From an uncultured Chloroflexia bacterium (GTDB taxonomy: Bacteria > Chloroflexota > Limnocylindria > Limnocylindrales > CSP1-4): a DNA stretch of 64,000 nucleotides. The stretch lies in NCBI GenBank assembly GCA_963749705.1, contig CAVVNQ010000003.1:448001-512000 (forward strand), read 5' to 3'. Positions 18,821-29,205 of this stretch are shown piece after piece. The notes beneath the pieces were generated by a model. It searched no databases and was not told the origin of the DNA. It worked only from the letters and a program-made list of their open reading frames with translations. Each line of letters opens with the position of its first letter. Position 1 is the stretch's first letter. Position numbers and translations under genes: made by a program.

Positions 18821-18979
18821 CTAGTCCCCCGATCCCGGCAACTTGACTCCGATGGCAGCACCGATGGCGACTCCCACGGCGATGCCAACAGCGACGCTGC
18901 CGATGGCGATCCCGATCGCAGCGCCGATCCCGGCGCCGAGGGCGATGCACGCCCCCTGGTTCAATCGCTTGTCACGCAC
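18821..18979 (-). CDS. Small glycine-zipper membrane protein (not in the ORF track)
   Basis: GTG start after AGGGAGGG; RDKRLNQGACIALGAGIGAAIGIAIGSVAVGIAVGVAIGAAIGVKLPGSGD; its stop abuts the next ATG. Confidence 0.65.
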   Translation of the reverse strand: MRDKRLNQGACIALGAGIGAAIGIAIGSVAVGIAVGVAIGAAIGVKLPGSGD

Positions 18980-19045
18980 GGGTGAACCCTCCCTGAGTGC
19001 CTCGCCTGCGCCACGACCGGTCGAAGGGCCACGGCATCCACCTCG

Positions 19046-20059
19046 TCAGGCGGTCACACGATCAAGGCCGATCACGATCTTGCCCCGGGCATGTCCCTCG
19101 TGCAGATAGCGGATCGCGTCCGGAACCTCGTCCAGTGGGTAGGTCCGGTCGATGACCGGCGTGACCTGCCCCGACTCGATCAATGCCTTGAGGGAGTGCA
19201 GGTCCTCGTTCCTCTCCTTCGAGATGAAGGTGCCGAGCTTCTGGCCCACGAACGGTGACATGACGGTCGCCCGGAGCTGTCGGTCGATCCCGCCGATCCA
19301 TCGATCGCCGCCTTCAGCTCCCACGATCACGAGCGTCCCCTGGGGCGCCAGGGCGCGCCGCAGCTGGGAGAGGGAACGACCTCCGGCGGTGTCGAAGATG
19401 AGGTCGTAGCGCTGTCCGGCCTCCGCGAAGTCCTGCCGCGTGTAGTCGATGACCTCGTCGGCGCCGATCGAGCGGACCAGGTCCACCTTCGTCGTGCTGC
19501 ACACGCCGGTGACGTGGGCTCCGAGCGCCTTCGCGATCTGCACGGCGAACGATCCCACGCCTCCGGCCGCGCCGATGATCAGCGCCTTCTGCCCATGCTG
19601 CAGCTTCCCCACGTCTCGAAGACCCTGCAGTGCCGTCGACCCGGAGGTGGGGACCGTCGCGGCCGCATCGAAGCCGAGGTTGGCGGGCATGGGCGCGAGC
19701 TTGTCCTCTCGAGCGATCGTGAATTCGGCGAACGCGCCGGCGCCGATGCCGAAGACCCCATCACCGGGCCGGAACCGGGTCACGTCCTTGCCGACCGCCT
19801 CGACCGTCCCTGCGACGTCCGTGCCCCGGACAGCCTGCTTGGGCGCGCGCAGCCCGAACCCCATGCGAATGAGGTACGGCAGCCCAGCCATGAGGTGCCA
19901 GTCGCCGGCATGGACGCCGGCCGCCCGAACTCGGACGAGCACCTCGTCGTCGCCGATCCCGGGCTTCTCGATGTCGCGCAGCTCCAGGACATCGGCTGAG
20001 CCGTATCTGTCCTGGACGATTGCCTTCATCGTGATCTGGTTCGTTGTCGTGACGATCAT
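19046..20059 (-). CDS. NAD(P)-dependent MDR oxidoreductase (paralog of 17846-18820)
   Basis: MKAIVQDRYGSADVL, GAAGGVG, GHARGKIVI; RBS AAGGAGAGG. Confidence 0.92.
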   Translation of the reverse strand: MIVTTTNQITMKAIVQDRYGSADVLELRDIEKPGIGDDEVLVRVRAAGVHAGDWHLMAGLPYLIRMGFGLRAPKQAVRGTDVAGTVEAVGKDVTRFRPGDGVFGIGAGAFAEFTIAREDKLAPMPANLGFDAAATVPTSGSTALQGLRDVGKLQHGQKALIIGAAGGVGSFAVQIAKALGAHVTGVCSTTKVDLVRSIGADEVIDYTRQDFAEAGQRYDLIFDTAGGRSLSQLRRALAPQGTLVIVGAEGGDRWIGGIDRQLRATVMSPFVGQKLGTFISKERNEDLHSLKALIESGQVTPVIDRTYPLDEVPDAIRYLHEGHARGKIVIGLDRVTA

Positions 20060-20112
20060 CGGCCTCTCCTTGATTCCTGCTGGGCAGCCGGAGCCATTCA
20101 TGGGCTCCAAAC

Positions 20113-20156
20113 CTGTACGGTGTAAAGCTGGACGGGTCGAACTGTACGGTGTAAAG
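20113..20156. promoter_or_regulatory. Duplicated operator, probably for the adjacent TetR
   Basis: CTGTACGGTGTAAAG exact at 20113-20127 and 20142-20156 between divergent genes; quasi-palindromic. Confidence 0.75.
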
Positions 20157-20208
20157 TTGCGGGTGTCAAACCCGACGCTTTGACTGAACCAGGAAAAGGC
20201 GACCCCCG

Positions 20209-20880
20209 ATGACGACGCAGACCCTCACGCAAGCACAACACCGCGGCCACCTGAGCCGGGAGCGAGTGCTGGACGCCGCCATCAGGCTCGCGGATCAGGG
20301 TGGGCTCGAGTCGCTCAGCATGCGCAAGCTCGGTCACGAGCTCGGGGTCGAGGCGATGGCCATCTACTACCACTTCGCCAGCAAGGAACGGGTCCTCGAC
20401 GGCATGGTGGATCGGGTGTTCGGTGAGATCGAGCTGCCTGAGGCCGGCCCCGCTTGGAGGAACGCGATGCGCCGGCGGGCAATGTCGGTCCGCGACGCCA
20501 TGGCCCGCCACCCGTGGGCGATCGGCATGATGGAGTCGCGGCGCAATCCCGGTTCGGCGAACCTCCGGCATCACGATGCCGTGATCGGCAGCCTCCTGGC
20601 GGGGGGCTTCGACATCACGCTGGCCGGCCACGCCTACGCGCTCCTGGACGGCTATATCTACGGCTTCGCCCTGACCCACGTGAACCTGCCGTTCGGGACC
20701 GCGGACGAGGCGGCGGCCGTCGCGGAAACCATGGTGCAGCCGTTCGAGCCCGGCGCCTTTCCCAACCTGGAGGCGATGATCGAGCACGCCCTGCAACCAG
20801 GCTATGACTTTGGCAACGAGTTCGGGTATGGGCTTGACCTGATCCTCGACGGGCTCGAGCGAGTGCTGGCTCCGGGCTGA
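20209..20880 (+). CDS. TetR-family regulator (TetR_C type)
   Basis: [45 protein letters not shown]; [12 protein letters not shown]. Confidence 0.93.
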   Translation: MTTQTLTQAQHRGHLSRERVLDAAIRLADQGGLESLSMRKLGHELGVEAMAIYYHFASKERVLDGMVDRVFGEIELPEAGPAWRNAMRRRAMSVRDAMARHPWAIGMMESRRNPGSANLRHHDAVIGSLLAGGFDITLAGHAYALLDGYIYGFALTHVNLPFGTADEAAAVAETMVQPFEPGAFPNLEAMIEHALQPGYDFGNEFGYGLDLILDGLERVLAPG

Positions 20881-21044
20881 GACCCGGCCGCCTCGCGACG
20901 TTGCGGCGCGGCCCGCAGGGACGACCCGAACCACGGCGCAACGCTTGACCGTTCGCGCGACGAGCGCCAGAGTGGACGCAAGGATCCACCCGGCCCGCGC
21001 GGCGCGTCCCACCGGCCGGCAGCTCGACAGACGGAGCCGCTCCC

Positions 21045-22241
21045 ATGACCAAGATCGCCCACCAGCCCGCGACGGGGCGCTCGATCGGCACGCCCACCGC
21101 CAACCAGGCCGGATCGCGGATCAACCCCGACGCCTACGCCGAGGCAAAGGACTTCCTGCCCCTCGACGGCATCGATCACGTGGAGTTCTGGGTCGGCAAC
21201 GCTCGACAGGCCGCTGCGTACTTCCGTGCCCTGTGGGGCTTCACGCCGGTCGCCTTCGCGGGGCTCGAAACGGGCGTCCGCGACCGCGCCAGCTACGTGC
21301 TCCAGCAGCACGGCATCCGGATCGTGGTCACCGCACCGCTCACGCCCGAGGGTGAGCTGGCCGAGCACGTGCGACGGCATGGCGACGGCGTCCACGACAT
21401 CGCGTTCGCGGTGCCCGACGCCGCCTCCGCCTGGCGCGAGACGACCAGCCGCGGCGCCCGCTCGGCCGCCGTTCCGGCCGAGCTCGACGGCGGCGAGGAC
21501 GGGACCCTGCGGACGAGCTCGGTGTTCACGTACGGCGAGGTCCGACACTCGTTCGTCGACCGCCGGGACTACCACGGCGTGTTCGCTCCGGGCTACCGGC
21601 GGGTCAAGAAGCCGGCGCGCGCGGCGGGCGGCCTGAGCCTGCTCGAGATCGATCACTGCGTGGGCAACGTGGACCTGGGCGAGATGGACCGCTACGTCGA
21701 CTTCTATCGCGACGTGTTCGGCTTCGCCCAGCTGATCCACTACGACGACACGGTCATCCACACCGAGTACAGCGCCCTGATGTCCAAGGTCATGACCAAC
21801 GGCTCCGGGCGGATCAAGTTCCCGATCAACGAGCCCGCGAGCGGGCGCAAGAAGAGCCAGATCCAGGAGTTCCTCGACTGGTACCACGATGCCGGGACGC
21901 AGCACATCGCGCTGCGGACCGAGGACATCGTGGGCACCGTGCGGCGGCTGCGCGAGAACGGGGTCGAGTTCCTGGGCATGCCCCATGCCTACTACGAGAC
22001 CCTTGCCGACCGCGTGGGCGACGTGGGTGTCCCGATCGACGTGCTCGAGGAGCTCGGGATCGAGGCCGATCGCGACGAGGAGGGCTATCTCCTCCAGATC
22101 TTCACCCGGCCGATCCAGGACCGACCGACGTTCTTCTTCGAGATCATCGAGCGCCACGGCTCCCGCGGCTTCGGGGTGGGCAACTTCCGGGCGCTGTTCG
22201 AGGCGATCGAGATCGAGCAGGCGCGGCGCGGGAACCTCTGA
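21045..22241 (+). CDS. hppD: 4-hydroxyphenylpyruvate dioxygenase
   Basis: IDHCVGNV, KFPINEPA, KSQIQEFL, QHIAL, GYLLQIFT, FEIIER, FGVGNFRALFEAIEIEQARRGNL. Confidence 0.97.
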   Translation: MTKIAHQPATGRSIGTPTANQAGSRINPDAYAEAKDFLPLDGIDHVEFWVGNARQAAAYFRALWGFTPVAFAGLETGVRDRASYVLQQHGIRIVVTAPLTPEGELAEHVRRHGDGVHDIAFAVPDAASAWRETTSRGARSAAVPAELDGGEDGTLRTSSVFTYGEVRHSFVDRRDYHGVFAPGYRRVKKPARAAGGLSLLEIDHCVGNVDLGEMDRYVDFYRDVFGFAQLIHYDDTVIHTEYSALMSKVMTNGSGRIKFPINEPASGRKKSQIQEFLDWYHDAGTQHIALRTEDIVGTVRRLRENGVEFLGMPHAYYETLADRVGDVGVPIDVLEELGIEADRDEEGYLLQIFTRPIQDRPTFFFEIIERHGSRGFGVGNFRALFEAIEIEQARRGNL

Positions 22242-22249
22242 AGCCCGCG

Positions 22250-23299
22250 ATGCGACTCGCCCACGTCCGCGAACGACACGCGCCGGCCGGCGCTCCCTGG
22301 CGCCTGGCGGCCGCGCTGGATCCAGCCGCCGCTACCTGGCTCGATGTCGAGGTCGCCCGTCGCCGGGCCGTGGCCGCCAGGCCCAGCCTCGCCCACGACA
22401 GCCTGCTCCACCGCCAGCCGGTCACGACGCTCGACGACCATCTCGCGCGCAACCTCCGGGTCGAGGCGCTCGCGGACCTCGTCGAGGGCTTCTCGCCCCG
22501 GGGTGACGAGGATGACGCGCTCCTCGACGCGGACGATCTCGACTTCGGTCCCCCGATCCTGCGTCCGCCCTCGTTTCGCGACTTCTACGCGTTCGAGCAG
22601 CACGTCGGCACCATGTGGCAGCGGCGTGGCCAGGAGATCCCGGAGGCCTGGTTCCGGCTGCCCGTCTTCTACTTCTCGAACGTGTCGGAGCTGCGGGGAC
22701 CGAACGAGGCCGTGTGGGCACCGCGCGGCTCCCGGGAGCTCGACTACGAGCTCGAGGTGGGGATCCTCATCGACACCCCGGTGCGCGACCTTGCCCCGGA
22801 GCGAGCCGAGGAGGCGATCGGCGGCTACCTCATCCTCAACGACTGGTCGGCGCGCGACCTCCAGCGCGACGAGACCGCGGTCCGGCTGGGACCGGCGAAG
22901 GGCAAGGACTTCGCGACCTCGATCGGCCCGTGGCTGGTCACCCCCGACGAGCTCGCGGACCGGCGCGCCCCGGGCTCCACGATGCCGGACCTCGCCATGA
23001 CGGCCACCGTCCGGACCAGCGATGGGACGGTGATCGAGACGTCGCGCGGCACGCTCGCGTCCGCCCGCCACGGGTTCGGGGCGATGATCGTCCGCGCCTC
23101 GGCCGACGTGCGCCTGCGTCCGGGCGACGTCATCGGCAGCGGCACGGTCGGCCGTGGGTGCCTGCTCGAGATCCGCGAGGAGACGCTCGGCCGCTACCTG
23201 GAGCCGGGCGATGAGGTGACCCTCGAGGTGGAGCGGCTGGGCCGCCTGGTGACCCCCATCGTTGCCATTTCCGGGGACCGAACCGGATTGGGAACCTGA
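22250..23299 (+). CDS. Fumarylacetoacetate hydrolase family protein
   Basis: RDFYAFEQH, PVFYFSN, LDYELEVG, NDWSARDLQ, KGKDF, GSGTVG. Confidence 0.92.
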   Translation: MRLAHVRERHAPAGAPWRLAAALDPAAATWLDVEVARRRAVAARPSLAHDSLLHRQPVTTLDDHLARNLRVEALADLVEGFSPRGDEDDALLDADDLDFGPPILRPPSFRDFYAFEQHVGTMWQRRGQEIPEAWFRLPVFYFSNVSELRGPNEAVWAPRGSRELDYELEVGILIDTPVRDLAPERAEEAIGGYLILNDWSARDLQRDETAVRLGPAKGKDFATSIGPWLVTPDELADRRAPGSTMPDLAMTATVRTSDGTVIETSRGTLASARHGFGAMIVRASADVRLRPGDVIGSGTVGRGCLLEIREETLGRYLEPGDEVTLEVERLGRLVTPIVAISGDRTGLGT

Positions 23300-23320
23300 C
23301 GCGAGGAGGCCTGTCGTCCG

Positions 23321-24544
23321 ATGTTCTACGTCTCCCGCGGGAGCGTCCCGCCCACCCGGCACACCCAGCACCGGGCGCCCGACGGCAGCCTGTACGCCGA
23401 GGAGCTGTTCGGCGTCGAAGGGTTCACCGGCCGCAGCTCGCTCCTGTACCACCTCGTCCCGCCCACGCGCGTGACGCGGATCGAGCCGCTGGGCGCGGTG
23501 ACCGTCGAGACCGCCGACGATGGCTCGCACCACCACCAGCTCGTCGACACGGCCGGTCTCGAGCCGGCGGGCGATGCCGTGTCGGGGCGGGTGCCGCTGT
23601 TCCACAACGCCGACGTGGTGATGGGCGTCGTGCGCCCTGCCGGGCCGATGGCGCCCGACACGTTCTATCGCAACGGTGAAGGCGACGAGATGCTGTTCGT
23701 CCACGAGGGGACGGGCATGCTCCGCACCAACTTCGGCGACCTCGCCTACCACCCGGGCGACTACCTGGTGCTGCCGATCGGCACGACCTGGCGGCTCGAC
23801 CCCGACCCGGGCGTGGCCCAGCGGATGCTCTACCTCGAGTGCCCGTCGGAGATCGAGCCGCCAAAGCGCTATCGCAACGACTACGGCCAGCTGCTCGAGC
23901 ATTCGCCGTACTACCAGCGCGACATCCGCATCCCCGAGTTCCGGGAGCCGGACGCCGGCGCCGGGGAGTACCGGGTCATCGTCCGGGCGCGGGGCCGGCA
24001 CACCGCCTACCACTTCGCCACGCACCCGTTCGATGTGGTCGGCTGGGATGGCTACCTGTGGCCGTTCGCGTTCGACATCGCCGACTTCCAGCCGATCACC
24101 GGGCGCGTCCACCAGCCGCCGCCCGTCCACCAGACGTTCGCCGCCCGCAACTTCGTCGTGTGCTCCTTCGTGCCGCGCAAGTTCGACTACCACCCCCTCT
24201 CGATCCCGGCCCCGTACAACCACTCGAACATCAACAGCGACGAGGTCATCTACTACGTCGCCGGCAACTTCATGAGCCGGCGCGGCGTGGGGATCGCCTC
24301 GTTCACCCTCCACCCGGCGGGCATCCCGCACGGTCCGCACCCGGGAACCGCGGAGGCGTCGATCGGCAAGGAGGCGACCGAGGAGCTGGCGGTCATGGTC
24401 GACACGTTCCGTCCGCTGTGGCTCACGCCGCAGGCGGCGCGGCTCGAGAGCCCCGGCTACCCGTACACGTGGCTGCCATCGGATGACCACGCCAACGAAG
24501 CCTCCGAGCTCGCGCAACGCGGCCCGGAGGCGTTCCCCGACTGA
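23321..24544 (+). CDS. hmgA: Homogentisate 1,2-dioxygenase
   Basis: EELFGVEGF, HPFDVVGWDG, HQPPPVHQTF, PYNHSNINSDEVIYY, TLHPAGIPHGPHP, ELAVMVDT. Confidence 0.96.
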   Translation: MFYVSRGSVPPTRHTQHRAPDGSLYAEELFGVEGFTGRSSLLYHLVPPTRVTRIEPLGAVTVETADDGSHHHQLVDTAGLEPAGDAVSGRVPLFHNADVVMGVVRPAGPMAPDTFYRNGEGDEMLFVHEGTGMLRTNFGDLAYHPGDYLVLPIGTTWRLDPDPGVAQRMLYLECPSEIEPPKRYRNDYGQLLEHSPYYQRDIRIPEFREPDAGAGEYRVIVRARGRHTAYHFATHPFDVVGWDGYLWPFAFDIADFQPITGRVHQPPPVHQTFAARNFVVCSFVPRKFDYHPLSIPAPYNHSNINSDEVIYYVAGNFMSRRGVGIASFTLHPAGIPHGPHPGTAEASIGKEATEELAVMVDTFRPLWLTPQAARLESPGYPYTWLPSDDHANEASELAQRGPEAFPD

Positions 24545-24619
24545 GGTGCGTGCGATGTTCGTCGAGTGCTCCCCCGGCGCCGTGCCTTGTCAAGCTCCCG
24601 TCGGCAGGAGGGTCGCGGC

Positions 24620-25810
24620 ATGAGCTTTGACCACCACGACCCGCAGTTCGTCCAGGATCCGGAGCGCGTCATCGGGCCGATCCGCGAGCAGCAGCCGCTG
24701 GTGCACTCGGACCTGTACGGCGGCTTCTGGCTGCTGACGCGCTACGAGGACGTGACCGCCGCGGCGCTCGACCACGAAGCCTTCACCTCGGCCGTCGCCG
24801 GCACCACGCTCATCCCGCCCACGCAGCCGCGCACCGACCCGCTGCTCCCGATCGAGCTCGACCCGCCCGAGCACACCCGGTACCGGGCGCTCGTCAACTC
24901 GGTGTTCGCCAAGCCGCGGATCGACACCATGCGCCCGGACCTCGAGGCCGTTGCGACGAGGCTGCTCGACGCGTACGCGCAGCAGGGCGGGGGCGATGTC
25001 ATGGCCGACTTCGCCCACCCCATGTCGCTCGCCTCGCTGGCGCGGCTCATGGACCTCCCGCCGGAGGACGAGGGGCTGTGGTTCGACTGGGTCGAGCGGA
25101 TGTACTCGAACGCGCTGCGCGATCCGGAGGACCGGGTGGGCGCGGCGCGCGACGCCGAGGCGTACATCGGCGATCGCATCGCGGAGCGGAGGCGGGAGCC
25201 ACGCGACGACTTCCTGGGGATGCTGCTCGAGGCCGAGGTGGACGGCCGCCGCCTGTCCGAGCTCGAGCTGCGCCAGTTCGGGATGCTGATGCTCCTTGCG
25301 GGCTACGAGACGACCTCGGGCGCCATGGGCATGAGCCTGCTGCACCTGGCGCAGCATCCCGACCAGCGCGCGCAGCTGTTCGGCGATGTCGATGGACTCG
25401 CGCACACGGCGGTCAACGAGCTGCTGCGGGTCGTGTCCCCGGTCCAGGTCTTCGGCCGGAATGCGGCGCACGACATCGACCTGTACGGGCAGACGATCCC
25501 GGCCGGCGATGTCGTTCTCCTCGCGTACGGCGCCGCGAACCACGACCCGCGCGCCTTCGAGCATCCCGAGCGCTGCGTCCTCGACCGCCACCCGAACCCC
25601 CACGTGGCGTTCGGCCGCGGCCGCCACCTGTGCCTGGGTGCGAACCTCGCCCGCCTGGAGCTGACGATCATGATCGAGCGCTTCGCCAGGACGCTCCCCG
25701 ACTTCAGCCTCGATCCCGCACGTCCGCCGACCTGGAAGCGGCGTGGCGACGTGCGCGCCCTGGCTTCCCTCCACCTGGTCGTCCCGTCCGGATCGCCATC
25801 GGCCGGCTGA
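24620..25810 (+). CDS. Cytochrome P450
   Basis: DPPEHTRYR, I-helix AGYETT, ELLR (ExxR), AANHDP, heme motif FGRGRHLCLG. Confidence 0.95.
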   Translation: MSFDHHDPQFVQDPERVIGPIREQQPLVHSDLYGGFWLLTRYEDVTAAALDHEAFTSAVAGTTLIPPTQPRTDPLLPIELDPPEHTRYRALVNSVFAKPRIDTMRPDLEAVATRLLDAYAQQGGGDVMADFAHPMSLASLARLMDLPPEDEGLWFDWVERMYSNALRDPEDRVGAARDAEAYIGDRIAERRREPRDDFLGMLLEAEVDGRRLSELELRQFGMLMLLAGYETTSGAMGMSLLHLAQHPDQRAQLFGDVDGLAHTAVNELLRVVSPVQVFGRNAAHDIDLYGQTIPAGDVVLLAYGAANHDPRAFEHPERCVLDRHPNPHVAFGRGRHLCLGANLARLELTIMIERFARTLPDFSLDPARPPTWKRRGDVRALASLHLVVPSGSPSAG

Positions 25811-25849
25811 CGGCCGGGGCATCGGCGGTCTCGATGCTGTCCGCCCGGC

Positions 25850-26743
25850 TCAGGCGTGGCTCCGTTGCTCGAACCGCCGGCGGTCGGCGGTCTCGAGCTG
25901 GAAGGTCGAGTGCTCGATGTCGAAGTCGTCCGACAGGCACTCGCACAGGGCATCCAGGGTCACGGCCGGATCCGCCCCGTCGGCGAGGGTCACGTGCGCC
26001 GAGACGACGTTCATCCCCGAGGTGATCGTCCACGCGTGGAGGTCATGGCATCCGATGACCCCCGGCGCATCGAGGATGTGCCGGCGGACGTGGTCCATGT
26101 CGACGCCCTTGGGCGTTGCCTCGAGGAGGACGTCGGTCGCGTCGCGCAGGAGGGCGAATGTGCGGGGCAGGATCAGCAGCGCGATGACCACGGAGGCGGC
26201 GATGTCCGCCTGCAGCCAGCCGGTGGCGCCGATCACGACGGCGGCGATGATGACCGCGGCCGACCCCGCGAAGTCACCCATGACCTCGAGGTAGGCCCCG
26301 CGCATGTTGAGGCTCTGTGTCTGGGCGTGCCGGAGCAGGTACAGCGCGACGGCGTTGGCACCCAGGCCGAGGAGCGCGACCGCGAGCATCAACCCCGATG
26401 TGACCTCCGGTGGCGCCGACAGTCGCCGCCAGGCCTCGAACAGGATGAACGCGGCGACCCCGAGCAGGAGCACGGCGTTGGCCACCGCTGCGAGGATCTC
26501 CAGCCGGAGATAGCCGAAGGTGCGGCCGGTGGTGGGCGCGCGGCGCGCGAACCAGATTGCCAGCAGCGCGAGGGTCATCCCGGACACGTCCGCGAGCATG
26601 TGCCCGGCGTCGGCGATCAGGGCCAGGCTGCCCGACCTGAGCCCGCCGACGACTTCGACGACGAGCATCACGAGGCTCAGACCGAGGACGGCGGCAAGAC
26701 GGTTCCAGCTGGTCGCGGCCGCGGAGCCGTGCGAATGGGCCAT
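25850..26743 (-). CDS. Cation diffusion facilitator (CzcD/ZitB-like)
   Basis: SLALIADAGHMLAD, TFGYLRLEILAA, NMRGAYLEVMGD, HDLHAWTITSG, HSTFQLE. Confidence 0.93.
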   Translation of the reverse strand: MAHSHGSAAATSWNRLAAVLGLSLVMLVVEVVGGLRSGSLALIADAGHMLADVSGMTLALLAIWFARRAPTTGRTFGYLRLEILAAVANAVLLLGVAAFILFEAWRRLSAPPEVTSGLMLAVALLGLGANAVALYLLRHAQTQSLNMRGAYLEVMGDFAGSAAVIIAAVVIGATGWLQADIAASVVIALLILPRTFALLRDATDVLLEATPKGVDMDHVRRHILDAPGVIGCHDLHAWTITSGMNVVSAHVTLADGADPAVTLDALCECLSDDFDIEHSTFQLETADRRRFEQRSHA

Positions 26744-26914
26744 CAGGGCAGGTGGACGATCCGGGCATGGGATGGATCCGCGAGCAGCTGAGCCACGGCT
26801 CAAGGATAGCCCGGGGATCCGCGGCGAACGCCTGCGTGCCTTGCTTCGTCGCGCATACTGCGGTTCATCGTGGTGGCGCGGCGAGAGCCCGCCTGGCTTC
26901 CGGGAGGTGGACTC

Positions 26915-27325
26915 GTGGCAGAGCAACCGTCGGAGGACAAGATCGGTAGAAAGGAGCGGACCACGGCCGAGGCGCTGGAGGAGTGGCGGGCCGCCGAGCG
27001 GACCGCGGCCGTCGCTCGTCGCGGGCGGCTGGCAGCCGAGGCCGCCGCTGCCGCAGCGGACGAGGCGGCGCACGCCGCGGACGCCACCGCCGAGGCCGCG
27101 CGCACGGCCCTGGCCGCGGCGACGCTTGCTGAGGGCTCCGCCAAGAAGACGGCCGCAGCCGCCAGGCTCGCGGCGATGACGGCGACCGCGGACCTCTCGG
27201 ATGCGGATGCCGAGCTATCGCTGGCCGAGGTGGCCGAGCTCGAGGCGAAGGCTGGGTACCGCTCGGCCTCGGTGAGGGCCGAGCAACGGTCTCGCGAGCC
27301 CGCCGACGGGGACACCGGCGGCTGA
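26915..27325 (+). CDS. Alanine-rich helical hypothetical protein
   Basis: RBS GGGAGG, GTG start; Ala/Glu/Arg-rich amphipathic helix. Confidence 0.6.
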   Translation: MAEQPSEDKIGRKERTTAEALEEWRAAERTAAVARRGRLAAEAAAAAADEAAHAADATAEAARTALAAATLAEGSAKKTAAAARLAAMTATADLSDADAELSLAEVAELEAKAGYRSASVRAEQRSREPADGDTGG

Positions 27326-27403
27326 TCGAGCCGGCAGCGAGCAGGCCCCCCCTGACCTGGACCCAGCCGCCGCTCGCGCCGGTGGCGACCAGGTGGCGGG
27401 CCG

Positions 27404-28204
27404 CTAGCCCGTCTGGTCCGCTCGCTGCCACCAGAGGAGGGTGGCCACGAGCCCGACGGACGCGGTGACCGCGACCACCGCGATCCCGCCGGCGGACACG
27501 GCCTCGGCATCGGGGCCGGCCATGCCCGACACGAGCGCCGGGACGGACCACGGGAACCACGCGCCCCAGCCGAGTGCCGCGAGGACCTGGGCGAGGAAGA
27601 TCGCCAGGACCGCCCACGCGAGTCCGGGGATGTAGCCGCGCCCGACGCCCGCGAAGAAGGCCGTGAAGGTCTGCAGCCCGATCGTCAGGACCGCGGCGGC
27701 CGCCGCCCCCGCCAGGCCGTGCAGCACGACATCGCCCGACCATCCCGGTAGCCCGACCAGCGCGTCGATCCCGAGCCCGATCGCGAGCGCGAGCACCAGC
27801 GTCCAGCCGATGATCGCCATCGACCAGGCGGACCCGACCACGACCTTGGCGACGACGATCGACGAGCGCGAGGTGGGGCAGGCGACGAGGTCGCGCACGG
27901 TCCGGTCCGCGAACTCCCGGCCGAACAGCCAGGCAAAGAGGAACGCAAACAGGACCGCGCCGCCGATCGCGACGGCCTGCGAGATGAGCGCCACGAACGT
28001 CGGCCAGTCGGCGGTTCCGGCGGCGAGCTGCGCCTTTGCGCCCAGCAGGCCGAGCTGGCGCGCGCGGGCGGGGTCCTTGAGGATCAGCATGAACAGGCCG
28101 CCGACGAGCGGGAACATCGAGAAGCCGGCGGCGATCCCCCACGGAACCCTCGATCGACGTGCCTTGAGCAGCTCCACGGACACGGCCGCCGCGAGCCCGT
28201 TCAT
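27404..28204 (-). CDS. ABC transporter permease (BcrB/LanE-G-like)
   Basis: VELLKARRS, WLFGREFADRT, WFPWSVP, six TMs. Confidence 0.88.
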   Translation of the reverse strand: MNGLAAAVSVELLKARRSRVPWGIAAGFSMFPLVGGLFMLILKDPARARQLGLLGAKAQLAAGTADWPTFVALISQAVAIGGAVLFAFLFAWLFGREFADRTVRDLVACPTSRSSIVVAKVVVGSAWSMAIIGWTLVLALAIGLGIDALVGLPGWSGDVVLHGLAGAAAAAVLTIGLQTFTAFFAGVGRGYIPGLAWAVLAIFLAQVLAALGWGAWFPWSVPALVSGMAGPDAEAVSAGGIAVVAVTASVGLVATLLWWQRADQTG

Positions 28205-29175
28205 GCCGCAACCTCCGCCGATCCGGGCGACGCGGCCGGCCCGGCGGGGCCATCCGTCCCGGAGGTGAGGCGGATGAAGTGGTCCTCGAGGGTCTCGCGT
28301 GCGAGCGCCAGGTGTGTCGGCGGCGAACCCGCCTCGACGAGGATCCGCGCGATCTCGTCGGGCGCGGCGATCGCCTTCGGCTCGCGGAGCTCGAGGCGCC
28401 CGTCCCGGGCGTTCCGGCGACCGGGCTGGAAGCCCGCCCGTCGCAGCGCCGCTTCGGCGACCGTCGGGTCCCGGGCGTCGACCTCGAGCCGCACGTCGCG
28501 ATGCCGCTCCAGGGCCGCGCCGTCGAGCTCCTCGATGAGCCGGCCACGGTGGATGATCCCGATCCGCGTGGCCAGGCGATCGACCTCGGCGAGGATGTGG
28601 CTCGAGATCAGCACGGTCATGCCGCGACCCTGCGCGAGATCGCGGAGGAGCTCACGGACCTCGATGACCCCGGCCGGATCGAGCCCATTGGCGGGCTCGT
28701 CGAGGATCAGCAGCTCGGGTGCATGGAGCAGGGCTCGGGCAAGGGCGAGACGCTGGAGGTTGCCCAGCGAGAGCGTCCCGGCCCGGCGGTCGGCGTACTC
28801 GCCCAGGCTGAGCTGATCGATCAGCCGTCCGGTCGACGCCCGATCGTCGACGCCCTGGAGGCGGCGGGCGACCTCGAGGTTCTCGCGGACCGTCAGCTCG
28901 GGGTACGCGGTCGCACTCTCGACCAGGTGACCGACGCGCCGCCACACGGCCGGCGCCTCGGCCTGCACTCGCGTCCCGAACAGCTCGGCGTGGCCGGCCG
29001 TCGGCGCGATCATCCCCAGCAGCATCCGGATCGTCGTCGACTTTCCCGCGCCATTGGGGCCGAGGAACCCGTAGATCTCGCCTCGGGTGACCCGGAGGTC
29101 GACCCGGTCGACGGCGAGGACATCGCCGCGATAGCGCTTCGTGATCCCGAACGTCGCAACCGCGAGCTCAGTCAT
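28201..29175 (-). CDS. ABC transporter ATP-binding protein (BcrA/LanF-like)
   Basis: GPNGAGKST, GHLVE (E-loop), LSLGNLQR, DEPANGLDPAG, SSHIL. Confidence 0.92.
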   Translation of the reverse strand: MTELAVATFGITKRYRGDVLAVDRVDLRVTRGEIYGFLGPNGAGKSTTIRMLLGMIAPTAGHAELFGTRVQAEAPAVWRRVGHLVESATAYPELTVRENLEVARRLQGVDDRASTGRLIDQLSLGEYADRRAGTLSLGNLQRLALARALLHAPELLILDEPANGLDPAGVIEVRELLRDLAQGRGMTVLISSHILAEVDRLATRIGIIHRGRLIEELDGAALERHRDVRLEVDARDPTVAEAALRRAGFQPGRRNARDGRLELREPKAIAAPDEIARILVEAGSPPTHLALARETLEDHFIRLTSGTDGPAGPAASPGSAEVAA

Positions 29176-29205
29176 CGAGATCCATCTCCCTGTGCCGGCG
29201 ACGGC

